A DNA stretch of 18,442 nt, taken from assembly GCA_963727625.1 (NCBI GenBank), contig CAVSHR010000013.1:1-18442 (forward strand). Direction: 5' to 3'. Each line of letters opens with the position of its first letter. Position 1 is the first letter of the stretch. Both the position numbers and the translations under genes were made by a program. The DNA is from an uncultured delta proteobacterium. Its GTDB lineage: Bacteria; Desulfobacterota; Binatia; UBA9968. The notes beneath the pieces are model-generated. The model was not told the origin of the DNA and searched no databases. It worked only from the letters and a program-made list of their open reading frames with translations. Positions 7,248 through 18,442 of this stretch are shown here, one piece after another.

Positions 7248-7628
7248 CTATTTATTTTCCGAATCATCGACGATGTGAAAATCTTCGCCGGCGGGAGCGT
7301 AGATCTCGAGGACGCGCGCCACCTTGTCGCCGCAGTTGCCGGCCTGGTGGCGCACTCCGGGCGGGATAAAGGCCACTTCTCCCGGACCCAGGCGAATCTT
7401 TTTTCCCTGCACGATGGCCTCGACGGTCCCTTCCAACACCACGTAAACATTCTCCGCTTTCTCATGGTAGTGGGTCGGACCCGGCCCGGAATCGACGTTG
7501 ATCAGATTGATATGGACATCGACGTTTTTTGCGCCGTCGGCTTGATCCACTAAGCGGAGCGCCTTGCCGCGGTCCCACCGCATCACTCGCACCGGCGCGT
7601 CTTCAATGCGCATCACCTTCACCGGCAT
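7248..7628 (-). CDS. Cupin-domain protein (cupin_2)
   Basis: HYHEKAENVYVVLEG and GEVAFIPPGVRH metal-binding motifs; GGAGG RBS. Confidence 0.9.
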   Translation of the reverse strand: MPVKVMRIEDAPVRVMRWDRGKALRLVDQADGAKNVDVHINLINVDSGPGPTHYHEKAENVYVVLEGTVEAIVQGKKIRLGPGEVAFIPPGVRHQAGNCGDKVARVLEIYAPAGEDFHIVDDSENK

Positions 7629-7874
7629 AAAGTCACCTCCAGTTTTTCGCCTTCTTTCTTTCTAACAAGGCGAGGACTAGTTGAAACTCAGTCCGCTTGT
7701 CAAGCGACGACCCGCGAGACATAGCGCACGAAGTCCATCAAGACTCGAAGGGTTTGAGGCACAAATTTACCCATCGCCATTCTGCGCAGAGCGGGGAACC
7801 GTTCTTGACGCCGGGCAAATTGTCGGATTGTTATTCTCCTGCGGCGTGATAGGAGGAGTCGAGGATGTATCCCC

Positions 7875-8813
7875 ATGATCGAGACGCTTAGGCTGATTCA
7901 ATTTCGCGCCGCTTACAATCTGCCCGTCCACACGGGAATGGTGACGGGAATTTTTGCGCGCCACGGGCTTGCGCTTGAGATCGCATACACGCCCGGCTCC
8001 TTGTACCTCAGCCGAGCTCTTAAAGAGAATGAATGCGATATCGGCCATACCGGCGCCGATGACATCCTCGCCGATGTCGAAGCGGATGGCGGTTCCGATC
8101 TTTTTATCTTCATGGGTCTGCACAGTGGCCTGTTCAGTCTGGTGGGGGCGCGGGATTGCCCATCGATTGATGCGCTCGCCGGCCGATCCATCGGTGTCGA
8201 TGCCAAGAGCAGCGGCTTTGCCCTGGTGCTGGAATCCATGCTCCGCGCCAAAGGCTTTGCCCGAGACGATTACCGGCCGGTCGAAGTCGGCGGCTGGGAG
8301 AGCCGCCACCGCGCATTATCGGAAGGAAAGATCAGCGCGACACTATTGACCGAGCCTTTTGTGAGCAATGCTCTCGGCGCGGGCTGCAACCTGCTGGCGC
8401 GAGACTTCGAGATGATGGCGTCATACCATGGCACATGCGGCGCGGCGAGCCGGCGGTGGGCCGAGAAGCATCCGGAGCGATTGATCCGTTACATCCGGGG
8501 CTACGTCGAAGCCACGCGGTGGTGTTTCGACAGACGGAACCGCCGAGCTTGCCTCGACATCCTCGCGCGGCACAATGACATCGACCTGTCCGCCGCCGAG
8601 CATACGCTGGACAGCCTGCTCGATCCGAAACACGGCGTTTACCCGAAAGCGGCCGTGAATCTTTCCGGCGTCGCGGCAGCCCTCGAATTGCGCGCCAAGC
8701 TGGGTTATTTGCCGCGTCCTGTGCCGCCCGTGGAAAAATATGTCGATCTCTCCTACTACGAGAAAGCGTTGTCGTCGGGCCATGATCTTGCTGCCAACTT
8801 AGATGAAAAATAG
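7875..8813 (+). CDS. ABC-transporter substrate-binding-like protein, NMT1/THI5/SsuA family
   Basis: GIFARHGLALEI, SIDALAGRSIGVD, ALSEGKISATLLTEPF and WAEKHPERLIRYIRGYVEATRW; AGGAGG RBS. No obvious signal peptide. Confidence 0.85.
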   Translation: MIETLRLIQFRAAYNLPVHTGMVTGIFARHGLALEIAYTPGSLYLSRALKENECDIGHTGADDILADVEADGGSDLFIFMGLHSGLFSLVGARDCPSIDALAGRSIGVDAKSSGFALVLESMLRAKGFARDDYRPVEVGGWESRHRALSEGKISATLLTEPFVSNALGAGCNLLARDFEMMASYHGTCGAASRRWAEKHPERLIRYIRGYVEATRWCFDRRNRRACLDILARHNDIDLSAAEHTLDSLLDPKHGVYPKAAVNLSGVAAALELRAKLGYLPRPVPPVEKYVDLSYYEKALSSGHDLAANLDEK

Positions 8814-8854
8814 TACAATCGAGCCTTGAGCAAAATCAGGGTGGAATTTTTCAC

Positions 8855-9646
8855 GTGACGGCCACGATCCTATCCAGCGGTGTTCGATACATTAGGCGAA
8901 AGTCCAAGCGGCTCGCCAGGCGCCACCGCAAAGGTGCGCTGGTCGGGTGGTGCGCACTTGGAATCGTGGTTTTCTTCGCGGTCAACTTGATCTATCAAGT
9001 GGTCCGCAAGCCGGGTGAGCTGTTCGCGCCGATCAGCGGCTCGCTGGCGAAGAATCCGGCGTCTACCTGGCAGAGCTACGGCGCGCTTTTCGAAAAGTAT
9101 TCGACCGCCATTATCTCCGCTGAGCTGCTCGCTGCGCTGGCTCAACTGGAGAGCGACGGCAATCCCGTCGCGCGCACCTATTGGCGCTGGCAATGGTCTT
9201 GGAACCCTTTTGAAATCTATCGTCCGGCCTCGAGCGCGCTCGGCATGTTTCAAGTCACCGATGGGACTTTCGCTCAAGCCCGGAGATATTGCATCCGCGA
9301 TCACACCGTTGCGACCGAGAGTTCTTGGCACGACCTCAACTCCTGCTGGTTCAACGCTCTCTATACCAGGACCCTGCCGAGCCATGCGGTGGAATTGACC
9401 GCTGCTTATCTGCACCAGAGCGTGGTCGAAACTCTCGCGGCTCGTCGAACGGCCAAGATCAGTTTGGCGCAAAAACAAAAACTCGCCACCGTGATTCACC
9501 TGTGCGGCTTGCGGCGAGGCGCGAGCTTCGCCGCCCACGGCTTTCGAGTCAGGCCGGGCGAGCTTTGCGGGACTCATAGCTTGCAGCGCTATCTCACGCA
9601 AATTGAAATACTGAAAAAAACCTTTGCCCGATTGAGCAGTAGCTGA
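8855..9646 (+). CDS. Membrane-anchored lytic transglycosylase (SLT domain)
   Basis: Basic N-terminus and a TM helix, catalytic LLAALAQLESDGNP, and SSALGMFQVTDGTF (GLMQ-like motif). Confidence 0.8.
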   Translation: MTATILSSGVRYIRRKSKRLARRHRKGALVGWCALGIVVFFAVNLIYQVVRKPGELFAPISGSLAKNPASTWQSYGALFEKYSTAIISAELLAALAQLESDGNPVARTYWRWQWSWNPFEIYRPASSALGMFQVTDGTFAQARRYCIRDHTVATESSWHDLNSCWFNALYTRTLPSHAVELTAAYLHQSVVETLAARRTAKISLAQKQKLATVIHLCGLRRGASFAAHGFRVRPGELCGTHSLQRYLTQIEILKKTFARLSSS

Positions 9647-9686
9647 AGCGCTGTTCAGCGCCGCAACTGTCACCGGCACAGCGAGA

Positions 9687-10529
9687 CTATTTGACGCGCC
9701 GACCGATGAATTCGAGTACGGTGCGATTGAAGAACACGGGCTGCTCCCAGTAGATCGCATGGCCGCACTCCGGCGCGATCACGACCTCGTTGTCGGGGAT
9801 ATGGCGCGCGATCAACCGCATGATCGACGGAGGGGTGAACATATCCGCCGCGCCTGTCATCAGCAGCGTCCTTGTCTTCAGTGTCGCCAATTTGTCCGGC
9901 GTGACGACATTGGCCAACTTCTGCCGGGCGCCCTTGCCGAGCTCGGATTTCTCGTTGAGCTCGTTCCATTTTTTGATGCCTTCGGGATTGGCCGCGCGAT
10001 AGGAAGGGCCGAGCTCGCGCAACCAGCGCGGCAGCTCGTCCCACTCCTTGGTTCTAAGGCTCGCCGCAGCGTCGGCGATGTAGCCCTTGGCCGCGGCGAG
10101 ATTGTTGCTCGATACCGTCAGGCTCAGCAATCGCTCGGGATGCGACAGCGCGTAGTCCGCGGCGACACTGCCGCCGGCGGCCGAGCTGACCAGATGAAAT
10201 TTTTCCAAGCCGAAAAATTTAACGAGGTTCTCCAGATCTCCCGACGCTGTCCCGGGATTATCTTCCGGCGCCGGGTCCGAGTTGTAATAGTTGCGGCGCG
10301 AATAAGCGATCACGCGGTAGCCTGCCCGGGCAAACACCGGCTGCTGGTATAGCCAGACCAGTGCGCTACCCGACGCCGGGTGAAGCAACACGACCGGCTC
10401 GCCGCTGCCGCCCGTGTCCCAATAGCCGAGACGAGTGCCGGGAAGTTCGGCGATTCCCTCCGTGGCCGGGACCTGTTCGGGAATCGGTACGGGAACCATC
10501 GGATCGTACATGCGAGTCTGATTCATCAC
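9687..10529 (-). CDS. Alpha/beta hydrolase fold protein with a non-canonical nucleophile elbow
   Basis: GEPVVLLHPASGS, YRVIAYSRR, FHLVSSAAGG, TLLMTGAAD and CGHAIYWEQP; GAGGA RBS. Confidence 0.9.
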   Translation of the reverse strand: MMNQTRMYDPMVPVPIPEQVPATEGIAELPGTRLGYWDTGGSGEPVVLLHPASGSALVWLYQQPVFARAGYRVIAYSRRNYYNSDPAPEDNPGTASGDLENLVKFFGLEKFHLVSSAAGGSVAADYALSHPERLLSLTVSSNNLAAAKGYIADAAASLRTKEWDELPRWLRELGPSYRAANPEGIKKWNELNEKSELGKGARQKLANVVTPDKLATLKTRTLLMTGAADMFTPPSIMRLIARHIPDNEVVIAPECGHAIYWEQPVFFNRTVLEFIGRRVK

Positions 10530-10655
10530 CGTTCCTCCACGAGTCGCTTTTCCATTACGTAAGAGCGGGAGGCCGCGTCTTTCATTACAACAGATCTAAT
10601 TGCAAGACCTGGTATTTGTATTTTCCAAATTCAGTTTGCTTGAAAATCAGCGCCG

Positions 10656-10817
10656 TAGCGAGCTGCTGAAAAACTCCATCGGAGTCCTTTGACTTGGCTC
10701 AGAGCCGGCCCTGAGTCTCACGAAGAGACGAACAGAGAATATTTGAATGGGTTGATGATTTTCCGTTCATGCTGAGGGTCTCGAAGCATTCCGAAGCTAT
10801 TCTCAGCAAGCTGCTAG
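10656..10817. mobile_element. MITE-like element with imperfect terminal inverted repeats, TAG/CTAG boundaries and internal REP-like units
   Basis: Left TAGCGAGCTGCTGAAAAA versus right ATTCTCAGCAAGCTGCTAG. Internal CCTTTGAC..CTCAG..GACGAAC pairs with GTTCATGCTGAG..TCGAAG. Confidence 0.65.
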
Positions 10818-11128
10818 TCCAGATCCAAAGCAAATCGTATTGCCTCATCGATATGGTGGATTTTTTCCGGTGACAGAGCCGTGATTCGTTGCTTGATCAG
10901 AACCTTAGGGAGAGTTGTGATATCGTCCAAATTGACCACGCAACGAGCAGGCATGCCGTCGCTTCGATCGAGAGACACTTCGACAGGAATATTCCGTATG
11001 GTCCGAGTGACAGGCGCGACCGTGATCGCCGCGCGCACGCGGTACGCCGCGTCGCGGCTTAAGAGCACGGCTGGGCGTCTGCCGGCGGGCGGGGGCATGT
11101 CAACCCACCAAACCTCACCGCGCTTCAT
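10814..11128 (-). CDS. mazF: PemK/MazF-family endoribonuclease toxin
   Basis: MKRGEVWWV, GRRPAVLLSRD, ITVAPVTRTIR, VVNLDDITTL and IDEAIRFALDL. Confidence 0.93.
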   Translation of the reverse strand: MKRGEVWWVDMPPPAGRRPAVLLSRDAAYRVRAAITVAPVTRTIRNIPVEVSLDRSDGMPARCVVNLDDITTLPKVLIKQRITALSPEKIHHIDEAIRFALDLD

Positions 11129-11392
11129 CTACCACTTTTCTTTCGGCAATCGTTTGGAAAGCAACCGAGCGGCGCTCGTCGCCCAGTCGAGATCTTCCGG
11201 TTGGCTTCGATGCCCTTCCATATACACGCGGTCCAACTCTTTAGCCTGCAAGCTGTTTAAGCGTTGTTGACACGCTTCACGAATAAACGCCGCGCGGCTC
11301 TCCGCAACAACGCCTGCGCTGGCATCAATCCGCTTTAACAGATCGTCCTCGATCGGCACTTGGATGATTTTCTTGCCTTTTCGCTTCGCCAT
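11129..11392 (-). CDS. CopG/ribbon-helix-helix antitoxin
   Basis: IIQVPIEDDLLKRIDA..SRAAFIREACQQRL is an RHH pattern; its stop directly abuts the mazF start. Confidence 0.88.
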   Translation of the reverse strand: MAKRKGKKIIQVPIEDDLLKRIDASAGVVAESRAAFIREACQQRLNSLQAKELDRVYMEGHRSQPEDLDWATSAARLLSKRLPKEKW

Positions 11393-11431
11393 TCGATTTA
11401 ACCTAAATAGTTACGTATTTGATACCCCATA

Positions 11432-11460
11432 AATTTACACATGACCGGGCGCGTTTACAA
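11432..11460 (-). promoter_or_regulatory. Candidate sigma70 promoter of the RHH-mazF operon
   Basis: Minus strand TTGTAA-N17-TAAATT, about 40 bp upstream of the antitoxin ATG. Confidence 0.5.
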
Positions 11461-11530
11461 CCCAAGGTGAGGTGAGATCTGGCGCAACTCAAACCAGGCA
11501 AAGCGATCGCCTGAGCAGAGCTTGAAAGCT

Positions 11531-11549
11531 TGGCGGAAAAAATCTGCCA
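11531..11549 (-). terminator. Possible hairpin downstream of metH
   Basis: TGGCGGA-AAAAA-TCTGCCA stem about 20 bp after the metH stop; no strong U-tract. Confidence 0.3.
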
Positions 11550-11570
11550 CCTAAGACTGAACTGCGGCGA

Positions 11571-15269
<3,699 letters not shown>

Positions 15270-15276
15270 CGATTTG

Positions 15277-16254
15277 CTACTCAGTCTTTCTTTTTAGATT
15301 CGCGGGCATGATCGCTCTCGCGACGAAGATTTCCACCGGCTGGTTGCCGTTGCGCGCCAGTTTCTCGCCAGCGAAGGAACCGGTTAAATCGTAGTCGACG
15401 GAGTGGGCGCCGGCCCGGCCGAACCATTTTTCGATCTCCTTGCGGCCGAAGCCAAGCCAGCGGTGCGCCATCTGCTCGCGCATCCATTCTTGCTTATGCT
15501 CCACCAGATCGACCACGATCACCGTACCGCCGGGTCGGGTGATGCGGCAAAGTCCGGCCACGGCGCGCGCCGGGTCCGGCAGAAAATGCAGTACCATCAC
15601 GCAAAACGCCGCATCCACGCTGTGAGTAGCCAGCGGCAATTTGAGCGCGTCGCCCTGACGGAATTCGACGTTGCCGATCTCCTGCTCTTTGGCGAGGGCG
15701 CGGGCGCGCCGCAGCATCTCGCTGGAAAGATCGACGCCGATCACCTTGCCCGCAAAACGCGCTAACTCGAAAGTCAGACTGCCGGTGCCGCAGCCAATAT
15801 CGGCTAGAGTCAGATCGCGCGGCAGCAGTTTCTCAATCGCCAGGGACGCGACCCGGTCGTCGAAATAGCTTTTGCGAATCCGTTCCCAGTCACCTGCCAC
15901 CGACTCAAAATAGCTTTGCGAGCGCTGCAAACGGCGGCGCCGGCAGGCGGCCAAGCGCGCCTGGTCGCGCCGGACTTCGGGGAGCTCGGCGACGCGCGCC
16001 TGCAGCGCCTTGAAGAGTTCCCGCGTCGGCTCCGCCATATCCTGGCGCGCCGAAAAATAGACATTCGTACCCTCTTTGCGATCCTGAATAAAACCGGCGC
16101 CTCGCAGTATGGCGAGATTGCGCGACACCGACGATTGCACCGATTGCACCACTTCCTGGACCTCGCCCACTGTCAGCTCCTCCTCGCAAACCGCCGCCAG
16201 AATGCGCAAGCGCAAAGGATCCGCCAAAGCTTTGAGGGTGCGAACGAATTCCAT
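15277..16254 (-). CDS. sahR: SahR-type regulator (ArsR HTH fused to a SAM-binding methyltransferase domain)
   Basis: [38 protein letters not shown], then [21 protein letters not shown] and MAHRWLGF; it lies 7 bp upstream of metH. Confidence 0.88.
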   Translation of the reverse strand: MEFVRTLKALADPLRLRILAAVCEEELTVGEVQEVVQSVQSSVSRNLAILRGAGFIQDRKEGTNVYFSARQDMAEPTRELFKALQARVAELPEVRRDQARLAACRRRRLQRSQSYFESVAGDWERIRKSYFDDRVASLAIEKLLPRDLTLADIGCGTGSLTFELARFAGKVIGVDLSSEMLRRARALAKEQEIGNVEFRQGDALKLPLATHSVDAAFCVMVLHFLPDPARAVAGLCRITRPGGTVIVVDLVEHKQEWMREQMAHRWLGFGRKEIEKWFGRAGAHSVDYDLTGSFAGEKLARNGNQPVEIFVARAIMPANLKRKTE

Positions 16255-16274
16255 AATTCCACCAGTATTGGATC

Positions 16275-16303
16275 ATTATATTTACATATTGTGATATTTA
16301 CAA
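16275..16303 (-). promoter_or_regulatory. sigma70 promoter of sahR-metH with an overlapping candidate SahR operator (16278-16297)
   Basis: Minus strand TTGTAA-N17-TATAAT. The 20-bp imperfect palindrome ATATCACAATATGTAAATAT covers the spacer and part of the -10. Confidence 0.75.
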
Positions 16304-16461
16304 CCGCGACTGACGGTCCCGGGAGCCTGAAGATTGCCCTGCAGCCGCGCCGCGACATCGTTTCAACGATTGCAAGAAACTCCCTCCCTGGTCGTGCCCG
16401 ATCGAGAAGACCGCAATGGACGCGCACTTCGCGATGCCGCAATTCGGCGCGAAGAAGGTTT

Positions 16462-17136
16462 TCAGGGAGTATAAGCGAGCTGCCGCTCAATCACCGCATG
16501 AAACACGGCGAGGAGATTGTCATGCGCCGGCGCGCCCGCCATACTGCCGTTTTCGCGCGGCGCGAACCAATCGAGAACGAAATGGATCGCTTCGATGGTC
16601 GAATAACAGTGCGGTTTGGGCTGGCGGCGAATCCGGTAAGTGGACGGTGAATTCGGTTCGAAGCAAAGTTTGGGCAACGCGCCCAGGTTGGGACTGGCGC
16701 GAAGCATCTTGCGCACGCTTTTCCAAGTGCCGTCGAGGACGAAGATCACCAGGCGCGGGCCGGCCGAGATCAAGGCCGACCTTTCTTCGGGGGACTGCTG
16801 CGTAAGGCTCAACGCTCCCGCGCCGGGATAAAGCAAAAAGGGAAACACCCCCGGCCTGGCAATTTCATCGTTGACCCACCGGTCGCAGGAAAAGTCCACT
16901 CCTTGGAGCAACACTGAGTTGCGCAAGCAGAGATGCACCATCCGCCCGGTGCCGAAGCGATGCTTGGCCTCGCGCGGCTGGGTCAGGATGATGAAACGAG
17001 GAGTCGAATCGAACGGTTCGATGAGCGCGCAATAGCAACTCGCCGTCGGACGCCGGCACACATGACAGGCGACGCGATTCGTTTTGCGATCAAGGCCGCC
17101 GCAGTTCGGCATCAGCGGTCTTTCGTCTCGCTTCAT
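16462..17136 (-). CDS. DTW-domain tRNA-uridine aminocarboxypropyltransferase (TapT/TuaA-like)
   Basis: CHVCRRPTASCYC, IILTQPRE..GTGR, LLYPG, FVLDGTW, YRIRRQP and STIEAI. The start could be 17112, 17136 or 17217. Confidence 0.88.
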   Translation of the reverse strand: MKRDERPLMPNCGGLDRKTNRVACHVCRRPTASCYCALIEPFDSTPRFIILTQPREAKHRFGTGRMVHLCLRNSVLLQGVDFSCDRWVNDEIARPGVFPFLLYPGAGALSLTQQSPEERSALISAGPRLVIFVLDGTWKSVRKMLRASPNLGALPKLCFEPNSPSTYRIRRQPKPHCYSTIEAIHFVLDWFAPRENGSMAGAPAHDNLLAVFHAVIERQLAYTP

Positions 17137-17158
17137 CTTCGTCAACGTCGGCGGCGTA

Positions 17159-17743
17159 TCATGCGAGTTTTTGGGCCAAAATCCCGGCGCGAAAAGACGG
17201 GTCGCGGGCATCGACAAATTTCCCCTCGCGATAAAATAGCACGCGAAATTCGCGGAAGTTGTCGAGTAGCTCGTTGTGGGCGAGCAAATAGTCGGGGTTC
17301 TTCGGATGGCCGATCCTTTGCTGGTCGATCAAATAGGTCTCGAAGACCACGAAGCCGCCGGGCTTCACCGCTGTTTTGATCTGTGGCACGAGAGCGCGCT
17401 GCAGATAATTAATGTTCACGACGAGATCGTAGCCGGAGCCGGGGAGTGAATTCTGATTCAGATCGATTTCCAGCCAAGTGACTTGCAGATTTCGCTCATC
17501 GGCGCGGCGGCGGGCTTCGCTCAACGCCACAAACGAAACATCGAGCGCAGTCACGGCGAACCCCCGCGCCGCGAGAAACAGCGCGTTGCGCCCATTGCCG
17601 CATGCGATTTCGAGCGCCCGCCCGGCTGGGATTTGCCAGTGTTCGCCGTCGAACATTTCCCGCAACAGGCTCGATGCGTCCTCCGGACCGGAAGACTCAG
17701 CATGTTGTCTATCCCATCGAATACGATCATCCAGTGACATCAT
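17159..17743 (-). CDS. Class I SAM-dependent methyltransferase (TehB-like)
   Basis: GRALEIACGNGRNALFLAARGFAVTALDVS, YDLVVNINYLQR and VKPGGFVVFETY. Confidence 0.9.
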   Translation of the reverse strand: MMSLDDRIRWDRQHAESSGPEDASSLLREMFDGEHWQIPAGRALEIACGNGRNALFLAARGFAVTALDVSFVALSEARRRADERNLQVTWLEIDLNQNSLPGSGYDLVVNINYLQRALVPQIKTAVKPGGFVVFETYLIDQQRIGHPKNPDYLLAHNELLDNFREFRVLFYREGKFVDARDPSFRAGILAQKLA

Positions 17744-17773
17744 GAGTCGACTCCGATCGATTTGACTCCGCGT

Positions 17774-18442
17774 TCACGACACCGCCCGCGCCAGCGTCAA
17801 AACGTAAACAATTTTAGCGCCGCTCTTATTGAGCGTGCGGCTACACTCGTTCACAGTTGCGCCGGAAGTGTAAACATCGTCGACCAACAAGATCCTCTTG
17901 TCTTGGACGGACCCGCCGGGCGCGAGTGCGAATGCGCCGCGAACGTTGCGCCAACGATCTTCTTCGCTCAGTTGGGTTTGCGGCGGCGTCTCCTTGACGC
18001 GCCGGAGCAGCAACGGATCCATGGGAATCCCATAAGAGCGGCCCAGCTGCCGCGCTAACAACACCGATTGATTGAAGCCACGCCAGCGCAGCCGTCTGGG
18101 GTGGAGCGGCACGGGAACGATCAGATCGGCCTGCCAAGCGTCGAGAAATTCCCGGCAACCGCGCGCCATGACGCGCCCCAGCGGCTTGCCCAGCGAAACT
18201 CTGCGGCCGTATTTAAATTTTTGCACGGCCTGGCGCAGTGGATGGTCTTCCCGTTCTTGGCGCGGGTAGCAGGCCCAGGAGCGCGCCTGAAAAAATTGCG
18301 GCGGGCGCGCCAGACAGACGCCGCAGCTGTGGTCGTCGCCGCCGGTACCGGGAAACGGCCGGCCACAAGTGTAGCACAGGGGGTGGCCGATGAGATCGAT
18401 CTTCGCCCAGCAATCACGGCAAAAATATTCGCCGGCCCGGCC
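17774..18442 (-). CDS. comF: ComF family protein (double zinc ribbon plus phosphoribosyltransferase domain), 5' partial
   Basis: The frame is open to the window edge: FCRDCWAKI..LCYTCGRPF..CGVCL, then IVPVPLHPRRLRWRGFNQS and ILLVDDVYTSGAT. Confidence 0.93.
   Translation of the reverse strand, partial: GRAGEYFCRDCWAKIDLIGHPLCYTCGRPFPGTGGDDHSCGVCLARPPQFFQARSWACYPRQEREDHPLRQAVQKFKYGRRVSLGKPLGRVMARGCREFLDAWQADLIVPVPLHPRRLRWRGFNQSVLLARQLGRSYGIPMDPLLLRRVKETPPQTQLSEEDRWRNVRGAFALAPGGSVQDKRILLVDDVYTSGATVNECSRTLNKSGAKIVYVLTLARAVS

Noticed and set aside
16315-16392. SAH riboswitch-like GGGAG...CAGGCTCCC upstream of sahR-metH
   Set aside because: It lacks the GAGGAGCG/CGCTC pseudoknot pairing and lies upstream of the clear promoter, so it would not be in the leader.

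Overview
Bacterial window with two parts. (1) About 1-5900 is an accessory/defence island, visibly less GC-rich than the rest. It holds a Sir2-HerA anti-phage pair (herA broken by several small indels that look like read errors), a truncated membrane ORF and a composite mobile element. The element is an intact RAYT-type Y1/HUH transposase bounded by 22-bp terminal inverted repeats with 18-bp tandem duplications at both outer ends; its 55-bp left end occurs twice, bracketing a truncated DDE IS inserted at CTAG. Next come an AbrB antitoxin with an internally deleted 47-aa PIN/VapC remnant missed by the ORF track, and an orphan ORF. (2) About 5960-18442 is GC-rich metabolic/core DNA: LLM flavin oxidoreductase (one frameshift), cupin, NMT1/THI5-like solute-binding protein, SLT transglycosylase, alpha/beta hydrolase lacking the nucleophile Ser, a CTAG-bounded MITE, an RHH-MazF toxin-antitoxin pair, sahR-metH with a candidate operator inside a sigma70 promoter, a DTW/TapT-like protein, a SAM methyltransferase and a partial comF. 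Nested REP-like hairpins lie between genes. Gene content and repeat style resemble Candidatus Binatia/deltaproteobacterial MAGs (inference only). The most unusual signal is the end architecture of the RAYT element.
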